DNA of 33,837 nt. Source: Planctomycetota bacterium. Lineage in GTDB: Bacteria > Planctomycetota > PUPC01 > JABMSA01 > JAUWKK01. How positions within the stretch are numbered: position 1 is the first letter of the stretch; each line of letters begins with the position of its first letter. The notes under the pieces were generated by a model, which was not told the origin of the DNA, did no database searches, and worked only from the letters and a program-made list of their open reading frames with translations. Below are positions 1 to 8,010 of this stretch, in pieces. The translations under genes were made by a program, and so were the position numbers. Location of the stretch: positions 1-33,837 of the forward strand of contig JAUWKK010000001.1 of NCBI GenBank assembly GCA_030614245.1, given 5' to 3'.

Positions 1-331
1 CGCCACGTCCGGCGGCTATCGGCGGGCACTCTACATCGAAGACAAGCGATACTCGCATATCATCGACCCGCGAACCGGACGGCCCGCCGAACACGTGGCA
101 AGCGCGACGGTCATCGCTCCCGATCTCACAACCGCCGACGCTCTCGCCACCGCGCTCTGCGTGCTCGGCCCCGACGATGGAATCAAGATCATTGACAACC
201 TTGACGCAACTGAAGCATTGATATTGAGCCGACATGGTGCTATTCTACGGGCCGCGATTTCCAAAGATTTTGCCAAGTATGTGAACGAAGGTCTTGACAC
301 ACTGGTTGAAATGAAAAATGGCAAGAATTGA
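1..331 (+). CDS. apbE: FAD:protein FMN transferase ApbE, C-terminal fragment (5' end lies outside the window)
   Basis: The frame starting at nt 2 is open from the window edge. Its translation, ATSGGYRRALYIEDKRYSHIIDPRTGRPAEHVASATVIAPDLTTADALATALCVLGPDDG, matches the conserved ApbE C-terminal blocks (SG.Y.R, HIIDPRTG.P, ADALATA). Stop TGA at 329-331. Confidence 0.85.
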   Translation, partial: ATSGGYRRALYIEDKRYSHIIDPRTGRPAEHVASATVIAPDLTTADALATALCVLGPDDGIKIIDNLDATEALILSRHGAILRAAISKDFAKYVNEGLDTLVEMKNGKN

Positions 332-1607
332 ACCATTCCGGGGTTTGCGCTACAACCCGCAGATTGTGAAAGACGTCTCCCGTGTTGTCGCGCCTCCGTA
401 TGATGTTATTTCGCCACAACAGCGCATCAAACTGAACCGGAAGGATCCGCACAACATCGTCCGCCTGATACTGCCCAAGGACCCGCCTCATGTCGCGCAC
501 GGAGACCGCTACCGCATGGCCGCCCGTTACCTCGAGACCTGGCTCGAAAAGAAGGTGCTTATCGAGGACCCTGAGCCTGCGATCTACGTGCTCGACGATA
601 CATTCCAGCACGACGGCGAAACCTACACCCGCCGCAGCTTCGTTGCAGCGGTGCGGCTCGAGAAGCTGGGAAAGGGCGCCATATTCCCCCACGAGGAGAC
701 AATGCCGGGGCCGGTTGCCGACCGCCTGAAGCTGCTCGAAAGCACCAGGACGAATCTCAGCCCGATCTTTGCTCTCTTCCTCGACGATGGTGAAACACAA
801 GCCGTGCTGGACTCCGCACCCATCAGCAAGCCATTGCACACCGCCGTCGATCAGGATGACGTTCGGACTTCACTGAGAGTAATCACCGATCGGGACGCTA
901 TCGCCGCCCTGCAGGCATCTATGCTCTCGCGGACGCTGCTGATCGCCGACGGCCACCATCGGTACGAAACAGCCCTCGCGTACCGAGGCCCGAAGCCTAC
1001 CGGCAAGCTACACGACTACGTCATGATGGCATGCATATCATCGCTCGACCCCGGGCTGCTGATTCTGCCAACGCACCGGGTGATAAAGGCCGGGGACACG
1101 TTCGACGAGGGGAGATTCTTCAGGCGGGCCGCGGGCAAGTTCGAGGTCACGCGGCTCCGAGTCTCCGAATCCCACCCGGCCGACGTGCTCCTCAACGCCA
1201 TCGACAAGATAGACCGCCACGTGTTCGGCGTCTACACGTCCTCAGGACAGATGGCTGTGCTCAGACTGCTCGACGACGACCTTGTAATGGAAAACCCTGC
1301 GCCCCACACCGACGAGTGGAAGCAGCTCGAGGTCGCCGTATTGCACCGGTTCATCCTGCTCGAACTGCTCGATATCGACAGCGACGCGGCCAAAGATGGC
1401 GAAAGAGTCAAGTACTCCCGCGATGCCAGTAAGGTTGTCGAACTCGTCCAGCAAGGCAAATACGACGTGGCGTTGCTTATCAAGCCGACGCGCATCTCGC
1501 AGATGAAGTGCGTTGCAGCAGCCAACGAACGAATGCCACCGAAATCGACTTACTTCTATCCCAAGTTGCCGTGCGGCCTTGTGCTGCGCAGGCTGGAAAG
1601 TCAGTGA
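318..1607 (+). CDS. DUF1015 family protein (function unknown)
   Basis: 429-aa ORF. The N-terminus MARIEPFRGLRYNP and the internal LLIADGHHRYETALAY motif are hallmarks of the DUF1015 family as I recall it. The ATG overlaps the apbE stop by 14 nt. Stop TGA at 1605-1607 lies in the first heptamer of the repeat array. Confidence 0.75.
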   Translation: MARIEPFRGLRYNPQIVKDVSRVVAPPYDVISPQQRIKLNRKDPHNIVRLILPKDPPHVAHGDRYRMAARYLETWLEKKVLIEDPEPAIYVLDDTFQHDGETYTRRSFVAAVRLEKLGKGAIFPHEETMPGPVADRLKLLESTRTNLSPIFALFLDDGETQAVLDSAPISKPLHTAVDQDDVRTSLRVITDRDAIAALQASMLSRTLLIADGHHRYETALAYRGPKPTGKLHDYVMMACISSLDPGLLILPTHRVIKAGDTFDEGRFFRRAAGKFEVTRLRVSESHPADVLLNAIDKIDRHVFGVYTSSGQMAVLRLLDDDLVMENPAPHTDEWKQLEVAVLHRFILLELLDIDSDAAKDGERVKYSRDASKVVELVQQGKYDVALLIKPTRISQMKCVAAANERMPPKSTYFYPKLPCGLVLRRLESQ

Positions 1608-1705
1608 TCAGTAATCAGTGATCAGTGCTGGATATGACCTGGATACTGGACACTGCACACTGCACACTGCACACTGCACACTGGATACTGCTTACTGGAT
1701 ACTGG
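1601..1705. repeat. Heptanucleotide tandem array, 15 units in one unbroken 7-nt register
   Basis: Units are TCAGTGA, TCAGTAA, TCAGTGA, TCAGTGC, TGGATAT, GACCTGG, ATACTGG, ACACTGC x4, ACACTGG, ATACTGC, TTACTGG, ATACTGG. The first block (core CAGTG) is the inverse complement of the second block (core CACTG). The array ends at the GGAAAGG ribosome-binding site at 1704-1710. Confidence 0.9.
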
Positions 1706-1717
1706 AAAGGTATTGCA

Positions 1718-2971
1718 TTGAGGAAGAATTTCATTCTCGCACCCGGCCCCACGCCTGTGCCGCCCGAGGTGCTGTTGAAGATGGCCCAACCTATCATTCA
1801 CCATCGAACTCCGCAATTCGAGGCCATACTCGCCGAGGCTATCGGGCAACTCAAGGAGATGCTCCGGACATCGAACGAAACTCTGATCCTGACGAGCTCA
1901 GGTTCGGGCGCTCTCGAGGCCGCCGTCGTCAACACGCTCGGTTCCGACGAGAAAGCACTCGTAGTGCGCGGCGGGAAGTTCGGAGAGCGATGGGGCAATA
2001 TCTGCGATGCGTTCGGCATCCCGTTCACTCCCATAGACATCGAATGGGGCACGGCGGTTGATCCCGAAACCATCCGCGAGCACCTCGAAGCCGACCCCGG
2101 CATAGGTATTGTCTGCACAACACTGTGCGAAACGTCGACCGCCACCGTGACAGACGTGGAAGCGATCGGCAGGATCGTGGGCAAGACCGACGCCGTGCTG
2201 GCCGTCGACGGGATAAGTTCCGCCGGCGCGATCCCCCTGGAAACCGACGGCTGGGGCATCGACCTGCTGGCAGTCGGCTCGCAGAAGGCCCTGATGCTCC
2301 CGCCGGGCCTCGCGGCGCTCGCCGTCAGCAAGAAGGCCTGGGCCAGGATCGATGCAGCCCCCAGCCGCTCTTTTTACTTCAGCCTCAAGCAGGCGCGAAA
2401 GGCCAATCAAAAACGCTCGACGCCCTGGACGCCCGCGCTCACGCTCGTCATCGGACTGCACGAAAGCCTCAGGCTGATACACGAAGAGGGCGTCGAGACG
2501 ATCTGGGCGAGGTGTGCACTCCAGGCGAGAGCCGTCCGGGCAGCCGCGGCGGCACTCGGCCTCGAGCTGCTGTCGAGTTCGCCCGCAGACTGCGTGACGG
2601 CCATCAGGCTGCCCGAAAACGTCGATGGAGCCGCAATCGTCAAGAAGATGCGCGACGAATACGGCGTAACCGTCGCAGGGGGCCAGGAGCACCTGAAGGG
2701 CAAGATCTGCCGTATCAGCCACATGGGCTATGTGACCAGATTCGACCTTATCGTGGCCGTAAGCGCCCTTGAGATGGCGCTTGCCGACGCCGGCGCCGAC
2801 GTCCGGCTCGGAGCCGGTGTCGCGGCAATGCAAGAGGTCTTCATCAAAGCCGACAGCATATGTCATTCTGAGGGAAGCGAAGCGACGAAGAATCCTTCGC
2901 ATCTCAACGCTAAAGCGATCAAAGATGCTTCGCGAAGAGCTCAGCATGACAGGATAGCCGACAAAGAATAA
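1718..2971 (+). CDS. Class V (AGXT / serine-pyruvate type) PLP aminotransferase, probable phosphoserine aminotransferase substitute; the last ~38 codons are repeat-derived
   Basis: Family-typical N-terminus (M)RKNFILAPGPTPVPPEVL and PLP-lysine motif GSQKALM. The core is about 375 aa and ends near AAMQEVF. I prefer the TTG start at 1718, which lies 7 nt after GGAAAGG. The ORF-track ATG at 1625 would add a peptide encoded purely by the heptamer repeat. Confidence 0.85.
   Translation: MRKNFILAPGPTPVPPEVLLKMAQPIIHHRTPQFEAILAEAIGQLKEMLRTSNETLILTSSGSGALEAAVVNTLGSDEKALVVRGGKFGERWGNICDAFGIPFTPIDIEWGTAVDPETIREHLEADPGIGIVCTTLCETSTATVTDVEAIGRIVGKTDAVLAVDGISSAGAIPLETDGWGIDLLAVGSQKALMLPPGLAALAVSKKAWARIDAAPSRSFYFSLKQARKANQKRSTPWTPALTLVIGLHESLRLIHEEGVETIWARCALQARAVRAAAAALGLELLSSSPADCVTAIRLPENVDGAAIVKKMRDEYGVTVAGGQEHLKGKICRISHMGYVTRFDLIVAVSALEMALADAGADVRLGAGVAAMQEVFIKADSICHSEGSEATKNPSHLNAKAIKDASRRAQHDRIADKE
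2861..2951 (+). mobile_element. MITE/REP-like element with imperfect terminal inverted repeats, copy 1
   Basis: Left arm is TGTCATTCTGAGGGAAGCGAAG. Right arm is AAAGATGCTTCGCGAAGAGCTCAGCATGACA, whose reverse complement is TGTCATGCTGAGCTCTTCGCGAAGCATCTTT. It shares a 22-nt exact block (2921-2942) and a 12-nt terminal block with the copy at 15167-15285. Confidence 0.6.
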
Positions 2972-2989
2972 CTGCGAGATCGCACAACT

Positions 2990-4579
2990 ATGAATGACAA
3001 TTACCGCGTGTTGATTGCCGATAAACTCCCACCCGCCGCAGCGGAGATACTCGAACGTGAGCCGCGGATAGAGGTCGATACTAATGTAGGCCTCTCGCCC
3101 GACGAGCTCAAGAGCATCATCGGTTCCTATCACGGGATCGTCGTCCGCAGCGCCACGAAGCTCACAGCCGACGTAATAGAGAAGGCGGACAACCTGCGCG
3201 CAATCGTACGTGCGGGTGTCGGTGTCGATAACGTCGATATCGACGCCGCCAGCATCAAGGGCATCGTCGTGATGAATACCCCGTCGGGCAACACGGTCTC
3301 GACGGCCGAGCACGCCATCGCGATGATGATGGCAATGTCGCGGAACATCCCCCGTGCGTGCGAATCGCTGCGCGCCGGGAAATGGGACCGCAAGGCCTTC
3401 ACCGGCACACAGCTCTGCGGCAAGACAATAGGGATCATCGGCCTCGGGCGGATCGGCATCGAAGTCGCCCGACGCTGCAGCGCTATGGGAATGACGCTGC
3501 TCGGCTGCGATCCCTACATCACCCGCACGAAGGCCGAGCAGGAAAAGGTCGATCTGTGCGGACTCGAAACCATCTACAAGCGGGCCGACTTCATCACGGT
3601 TCACACGCCGCTGACCGACAAGACGCGCGGGATGATCGGGAGGGAACAGTTTGCAATGATGCAGCCCGGTGTGCGGATCATCAACTGCGCCCGCGGCGGG
3701 ATCGTCGACGAAGAGGCTCTCGCCGAGGCGCTCAAGGAAGGGAAGGTCGCGGGCGCTGCTCTCGACGTGTACACATCCGAGCCGCCTGCAAATCGCGAGC
3801 TCGTCGAGTTGGACAACGTCGTCGCGACGCCGCACCTGGGCGCATCCACCAGCGAAGCGCAGCTAAACGTCGCGCTCGACGCCGCACGGCAACTGTCCGA
3901 CGCACTGCTCGGACGAGGGATCATCAATGCGAGCAACTTCCCGGCGCTGGACGCCAAGGAGGCCGATCAACTCCAGCCGGTGTGCGCGCTGGCAGAAAAA
4001 ATCGGCGCGCTCCAGGCCCAGCTCATCCACGGCCGGATTCAGAGCGCGGCGATCACTTATTACGGCGAACTCGCCGATGCCGACGTCCGCCCGGTCACCC
4101 GCAGCCTGACGGCAGGTCTGCTCAAGCCCGTGCTCGAGAATGTCAACATCGTCAACGCACCCGTCCTCGCCGAGGCGCGCGGTATTTCGGTGACGGAAAC
4201 CAAATCGAGCGAAGCCACCGATTTCACCAGCCTCATATCGGTCACCGTCGCCACCGCCCAGCGGGAAATCACGGTCAAAGGCACAGTTTTCGGCAAAGCC
4301 GAGCCGCGGATCGTCGGGATCGACGACTATCGCGTCGAGGTGATCCCCCGAGGCCACGTGCTGATCATCTTCGATGAAGACCGCCCGGGCCTGATAGGAG
4401 CCATCGGCACGCTGCTGGGCCAGGCCGGCATCAACATCTCCTGCATGACATTCGGCCGCAAAGAGGCCGGCGGCGAGGCCATCACAGTGCTCAACATCGA
4501 TGGCCCGACTTCGCCGGCACTGCTCGAACAGATCGGGGACGTACCCAATGTTATCGCCGCACACCTCGTTCACCTGTGA
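2990..4579 (+). CDS. serA: D-3-phosphoglycerate dehydrogenase, long form with C-terminal ASB and ACT regulatory domains
   Basis: 529 aa. It carries the Rossmann motif GIIGLGRIGIEVA, the catalytic-region motifs ARGGIVDE and TPHLGAST, and a C-terminal ACT-like tail (IIFDEDRPGLIGAIGTLLGQAGINI). Confidence 0.95.
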   Translation: MNDNYRVLIADKLPPAAAEILEREPRIEVDTNVGLSPDELKSIIGSYHGIVVRSATKLTADVIEKADNLRAIVRAGVGVDNVDIDAASIKGIVVMNTPSGNTVSTAEHAIAMMMAMSRNIPRACESLRAGKWDRKAFTGTQLCGKTIGIIGLGRIGIEVARRCSAMGMTLLGCDPYITRTKAEQEKVDLCGLETIYKRADFITVHTPLTDKTRGMIGREQFAMMQPGVRIINCARGGIVDEEALAEALKEGKVAGAALDVYTSEPPANRELVELDNVVATPHLGASTSEAQLNVALDAARQLSDALLGRGIINASNFPALDAKEADQLQPVCALAEKIGALQAQLIHGRIQSAAITYYGELADADVRPVTRSLTAGLLKPVLENVNIVNAPVLAEARGISVTETKSSEATDFTSLISVTVATAQREITVKGTVFGKAEPRIVGIDDYRVEVIPRGHVLIIFDEDRPGLIGAIGTLLGQAGINISCMTFGRKEAGGEAITVLNIDGPTSPALLEQIGDVPNVIAAHLVHL

Positions 4580-4586
4580 GGCAAGT

Positions 4587-5069
4587 ATGGACGAACTGGT
4601 CTTCCGCAAGGCGCGGGTCGCCGACGCGCCGGAAATCCATGAGTTGATCAACCGGTTCGCCGGCGATAACCTGATGCTGCCGCGGCCGCTGATGGAAATC
4701 TACGAGACCATCCGCGATTTCCAGGTCTGTCTGGACTCCGGCAGAGTCGCAGGCTGCTGCGCATTGCATGTCTCGTGGCAGACTCTGGGCGAAATCCGCT
4801 CGCTGGCCGTCAATCTCGGTCATCAAAGGAAGGGCGGGGGCAATTGCCTGGTGGACTCCTGCCTCGAAGACGCCGGCGAGATCGGCATCGAGAGAGTTTT
4901 CGTCCTCACCTACGTGCCGGATTTCTTCACCAGGAAGGGATTTGAGCCGATACCCAAGGACGATCTGCCGCACAAGATATGGGCGGACTGCGTGCGCTGC
5001 CCGAAGTTTCCCAATTGTGATGAAGAGGCGCTAATCAGGTCCGTCCGACGCAAATCCGGGAACGATTGA
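4587..5069 (+). CDS. GNAT-family N-acetyltransferase, short ArgA-like (N-acetylglutamate synthase-like) type
   Basis: 160 aa from the ATG at 4587, which is 7 nt after the serA stop. GCCALHVSWQTLGEIRSLAV and RKGGG resemble the short single-domain NAGS family. The C-terminal motif is HKIWADCVRCPKFPNCDEEA. The ORF-track start at 4500 overlaps serA and is rejected. Confidence 0.75.
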   Translation: MDELVFRKARVADAPEIHELINRFAGDNLMLPRPLMEIYETIRDFQVCLDSGRVAGCCALHVSWQTLGEIRSLAVNLGHQRKGGGNCLVDSCLEDAGEIGIERVFVLTYVPDFFTRKGFEPIPKDDLPHKIWADCVRCPKFPNCDEEALIRSVRRKSGND

Positions 5070-5770
5070 TGGCCCGAGAACGCAAGACGCTGCTGAGCCG
5101 ATTCTTCCTCAGAGGCATAGCCGCGCTCTTGCCGACGCTGATCACCATCTTCATCATCTACCGCATCGCCTCCTTCGTACACGACAATCTCGGCGAGCCG
5201 ATCAACAACCTCATCGCCATGCTGCCGGGCATTGAACGCGCGACTCTCCCGCCACTCCTGGGCGATGCTGCCGGCGTGCTCGCCATACTGCTCGTGTGCA
5301 TGCTTTTCGGCTTCTTCCTGACAAGCTTCATCGGCCGCAGGCTCTATAAGATCGTCGAGGACGCCGTCGCACGGCTGCCGATACTAAGGGTAATATACCC
5401 GCCTATCAAGCAGCTCACCGATTTCTTTCTCTCCGAACGGCGGAGGTTCGGCCGTGTCGTCTCCGTGGAGTACCCGCGAAAAGGGCTCCGTTCGATTGGG
5501 TTCGTCACCGGCGAGGCGATGAAAGACGTCAAATTCCCCGGCGACAAGAAACTCCTGACGATCTTCATTCCATCTTCGCCGACACCGATGACAGGCTACG
5601 TGATCATGCTGCCTGAAGATGAAGTCCAGCCGCTGGACATCTCCGTGGACGAGGCGCTTCGGTTCACCATTTCAGGTGGAGTTCTCGTACCTCCCAGCCA
5701 GCAGCCGCTGGGGGCAGATACGAATGACGTCCCGGCCGAAGATACCGGGCACAAGCCACCCTCACAATAA
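5069..5770 (+). CDS. DUF502 domain-containing membrane protein
   Basis: Two N-terminal transmembrane segments, then the conserved YPRKGLRSIGFVTG and IPSSPTPMTGYVIMLP blocks typical of DUF502. The ATG at 5069 overlaps the GNAT stop (TGATG). Confidence 0.8.
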   Translation: MARERKTLLSRFFLRGIAALLPTLITIFIIYRIASFVHDNLGEPINNLIAMLPGIERATLPPLLGDAAGVLAILLVCMLFGFFLTSFIGRRLYKIVEDAVARLPILRVIYPPIKQLTDFFLSERRRFGRVVSVEYPRKGLRSIGFVTGEAMKDVKFPGDKKLLTIFIPSSPTPMTGYVIMLPEDEVQPLDISVDEALRFTISGGVLVPPSQQPLGADTNDVPAEDTGHKPPSQ

Positions 5771-5781
5771 GGAGACGGGAC

Positions 5782-6930
5782 ATGCCCCGCCATGTTACAT
5801 CCTGGATCGTGATGTGTATCTGTTCAGCACTGGTCCTCGCCGGAGAAGCCGCGAAACCAGCCGATCCGCCCGGGAAAAAGGTCGGAAAGATACCAGCATA
5901 CTACTGCGAACTCGCCGTCGTACACGCCAGCTACAACAAGATTGACGAGGCCGCCAAGTGCTATGCCGAGGCCATCAAGCTCGAAGAAACCCCCGCCGCT
6001 AAAGCCGAATACTCCATGACCCTCGGCGAACTGCTCGTCAAGCACAACAGGCCCGCCGATGCCGGGAAGATTTTTCTCGAGACTATCGGCGCGGCCAAAG
6101 AGCGGGACGCGTTCAAGCTGTGCCGGAGAGCTGCAACCGCATGCCGGAAGGCCAAGCAGAATGACCTGGCCGAACTGCTGCTGAAGAAGGCCGTCGAACT
6201 CGCCAAAGACCCGCGCGACAAAGCCTCCGCCCGTATGCAACTGATGATATTCCGCAAGGCGACCGACCAGGTGGACGCGATCGCCGTGGAATTTCTCAAG
6301 CGCCTCAAGGCCAATCCCAGGGACGAAGAGGCGCTCGCGTGGCTCGCCGAGTTCTACCTGCTGATCGAGAATAACATCGAAAAGGGCGCCCGAACCTACG
6401 AGAAGTTGCTCGCACTCCGGCCCGACGACCCCCAAATCCTCGAGGAACTTGCCGTCCTCTATCTCACCAACACCGAGTCGGCGATGGCCATCGAGATGTT
6501 TAAGCGAATGGCCGAGGCCGACAAGACGCGCGCCGCTTACGCCTTCGAGCAGATCGCCACCATCGAGGCGCTCAACGGCAACATCAAGAAGGCCATCGAA
6601 TGGAACAACAGGGTGTTCGCTGCCGGCGGAGAGACCCCCGACCGCCTCTTCCGCCAGGCCAAGCTTTACACCAGGGACAAGCAGTTCAAGAAGGCCATCG
6701 AGCATACAAAGAAGGCCATCGCGGGCAAGTCGGCCAAGGGTGAATCCGTCGATACCTGCCAGTTGGAGCTGATAAAGATCTACAAGCTCACCGGCCGCAC
6801 GCAGGACGCGATAAAGCTCGCGGAGCACATCGTCGAGACGACCAAATCCGACCGCACCCGCCGCATCGCGAAGGCACAGCTCGACGTACTCAAGGGTAAG
6901 AACGCTCCGAAGAAGAACGAGAAAGAATAG
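5782..6930 (+). CDS. Secreted tetratricopeptide-repeat (TPR) protein
   Basis: 382 aa. It has an N-terminal hydrophobic signal-like segment (WIVMCICSALVLAGEA), then repeated A/L/Y-rich helical pairs (e.g. EALAWLAEFYLL, LEELAVLYL). RBS AAGGAGA lies 6 nt upstream. Confidence 0.7.
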   Translation: MPRHVTSWIVMCICSALVLAGEAAKPADPPGKKVGKIPAYYCELAVVHASYNKIDEAAKCYAEAIKLEETPAAKAEYSMTLGELLVKHNRPADAGKIFLETIGAAKERDAFKLCRRAATACRKAKQNDLAELLLKKAVELAKDPRDKASARMQLMIFRKATDQVDAIAVEFLKRLKANPRDEEALAWLAEFYLLIENNIEKGARTYEKLLALRPDDPQILEELAVLYLTNTESAMAIEMFKRMAEADKTRAAYAFEQIATIEALNGNIKKAIEWNNRVFAAGGETPDRLFRQAKLYTRDKQFKKAIEHTKKAIAGKSAKGESVDTCQLELIKIYKLTGRTQDAIKLAEHIVETTKSDRTRRIAKAQLDVLKGKNAPKKNEKE

Positions 6931-6983
6931 TCGGGAAGGTTGCGCCCCCGCCGTGCAAATAGCGGATTGTGTGTGAAGGAGTG

Positions 6984-8000
6984 CTACAACTGCCGCATGA
7001 GCCGCAGGTCGTTTTCGAAGAGGAGTCGCAGGTCTCTGATGCCGAAGCGGTACATCGCGGCGCGGTCTATGCCCATGCCGAAGGCGCAGCCGGTGTATTC
7101 GTCGGGGTCATAGCCGCCGGCCTCGAAGACGTTGGGGTCGACCATTCCGGCCCCGAGCAGTTCGGTCCAGCCCTTGCCCTGGCAGGCGGGGCAGCCTTCC
7201 CCGTGGCAGAAGGTGCATGAAATATCGACCTCGGCGCTCGGCTCGGTGAACGGGAAGAACGACGGCCGGAACCGCGTGCGGGTGTCGGGTCCGAAGAAGG
7301 CCTTCATCGCTTCGCTCAGGACGGCCTTGAGGTCTGCGAAGGTGATGTCCGGGCCGACTGCGAGGCCCTCGATCTGGTGGAAGACGGGGAAATGGCTGGC
7401 GTCCGCGGTATCTCTGCGGAAGCATTTTCCGGGCATGATGATGCGCAGGGGCGGCTTACGGGTTGCCATCGCGCGGATTTGGACGGGCGAAGTGTGCGTG
7501 CGCATCAGGTGTTTGTCGTCGATATAGAGCGTATCCCACGAGTCTCTCGCCGGGTGCTCGGGCGGCATGTTGAGTGCTTCGAAGTTATAGTAGTCGGTTT
7601 CGAGGTCGGGGCCGAAGACGCACTCGAAGCCCATGCGCGCGAAGATGCCAACAAGTTCGTTCCAGGCTCGTGTGACTGGATGCAGGTGGCCGAGCTTTGG
7701 GGCGATACCCGGCAGGGTAACGTCGAACTGCGGCCCGGCGGGTTTTGCCGGCGAACCGGATCCCAGGGCAGCCTCGCGCTCGTCGAGCGCCGCCATGATG
7801 GCCGTTTTCACTTGATTGGCAAGTTTGCCGGCTGCGGGTTTCTGTTCGGCGGGGAGCGAGGGCATCAGCCCCATGATCTTCTTGACGGCGCCCTTGCGGC
7901 CCAGGTAGTGGATGCGGGCGGCTTCGAGATCTTCTTCGTTCTCGGCCGCCGCGATGCTGCTGAGAGCTTCCCGGCGAAGCTGCTCAAGTTGATCGAGCAT
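6984..8000 (-). CDS. pheS: Phenylalanine--tRNA ligase alpha subunit
   Basis: 338 aa. Class II aaRS motifs are present (HPARD, FRRD.D.SH.P.FHQIEG, GAGMVDP, AFGMGIDR). Confidence 0.97.
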   Translation of the reverse strand: MLDQLEQLRREALSSIAAAENEEDLEAARIHYLGRKGAVKKIMGLMPSLPAEQKPAAGKLANQVKTAIMAALDEREAALGSGSPAKPAGPQFDVTLPGIAPKLGHLHPVTRAWNELVGIFARMGFECVFGPDLETDYYNFEALNMPPEHPARDSWDTLYIDDKHLMRTHTSPVQIRAMATRKPPLRIIMPGKCFRRDTADASHFPVFHQIEGLAVGPDITFADLKAVLSEAMKAFFGPDTRTRFRPSFFPFTEPSAEVDISCTFCHGEGCPACQGKGWTELLGAGMVDPNVFEAGGYDPDEYTGCAFGMGIDRAAMYRFGIRDLRLLFENDLRLMRQL

Positions 8001-8010
8001 CAGACGGTCC

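Noticed and set aside
1601-1705. Possible CRISPR array
   Set aside because: The units are 7 nt and contiguous, with no spacers. There are no cas genes in the window.
1625-1717. N-terminal extension MLDMTWILDTAHCTLHTAHWILLTGYWKGIAL of the aminotransferase ORF
   Set aside because: It is encoded entirely by the heptamer array. The family N-terminus begins at RKNFILAPGPT, and a TTG with a well-spaced GGAAAGG RBS is available at 1718.
1898-3835. 645-aa ORF on the minus strand spanning the aminotransferase and serA
   Set aside because: It is antisense to two genes with clear family motifs. Its Arg/Gly/Asp/Ala-rich composition is typical of GC-driven shadow ORFs, and I recognise no motifs in it.
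3358-4377. 339-aa plus-strand ORF in an alternative frame inside serA (extremely Arg-rich). The ORFs at 2125-2772, 9395-10000, 16956-17669, 19657-20340 and 28347-28955 are similar.
   Set aside because: These are off-frame or antisense readings of GC-rich coding sequence. Their Arg/Pro/Gly-dominated composition has no domain features.
4500-4586. Upstream extension of the GNAT ORF overlapping serA by 80 nt
   Set aside because: The internal ATG at 4587 sits just after the serA stop, and the family alignment begins at MDELVFRKARV.
5824-6828. 334-aa minus-strand ORF opposite the TPR gene
   Set aside because: It is a shadow ORF. The plus-strand frame has a signal peptide, an RBS and TPR periodicity.
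6931-6983. Bidirectional terminator between the convergent TPR gene and pheS
   Set aside because: Only 4-bp complementary segments are present, with no U tract. That is not enough to support a call.
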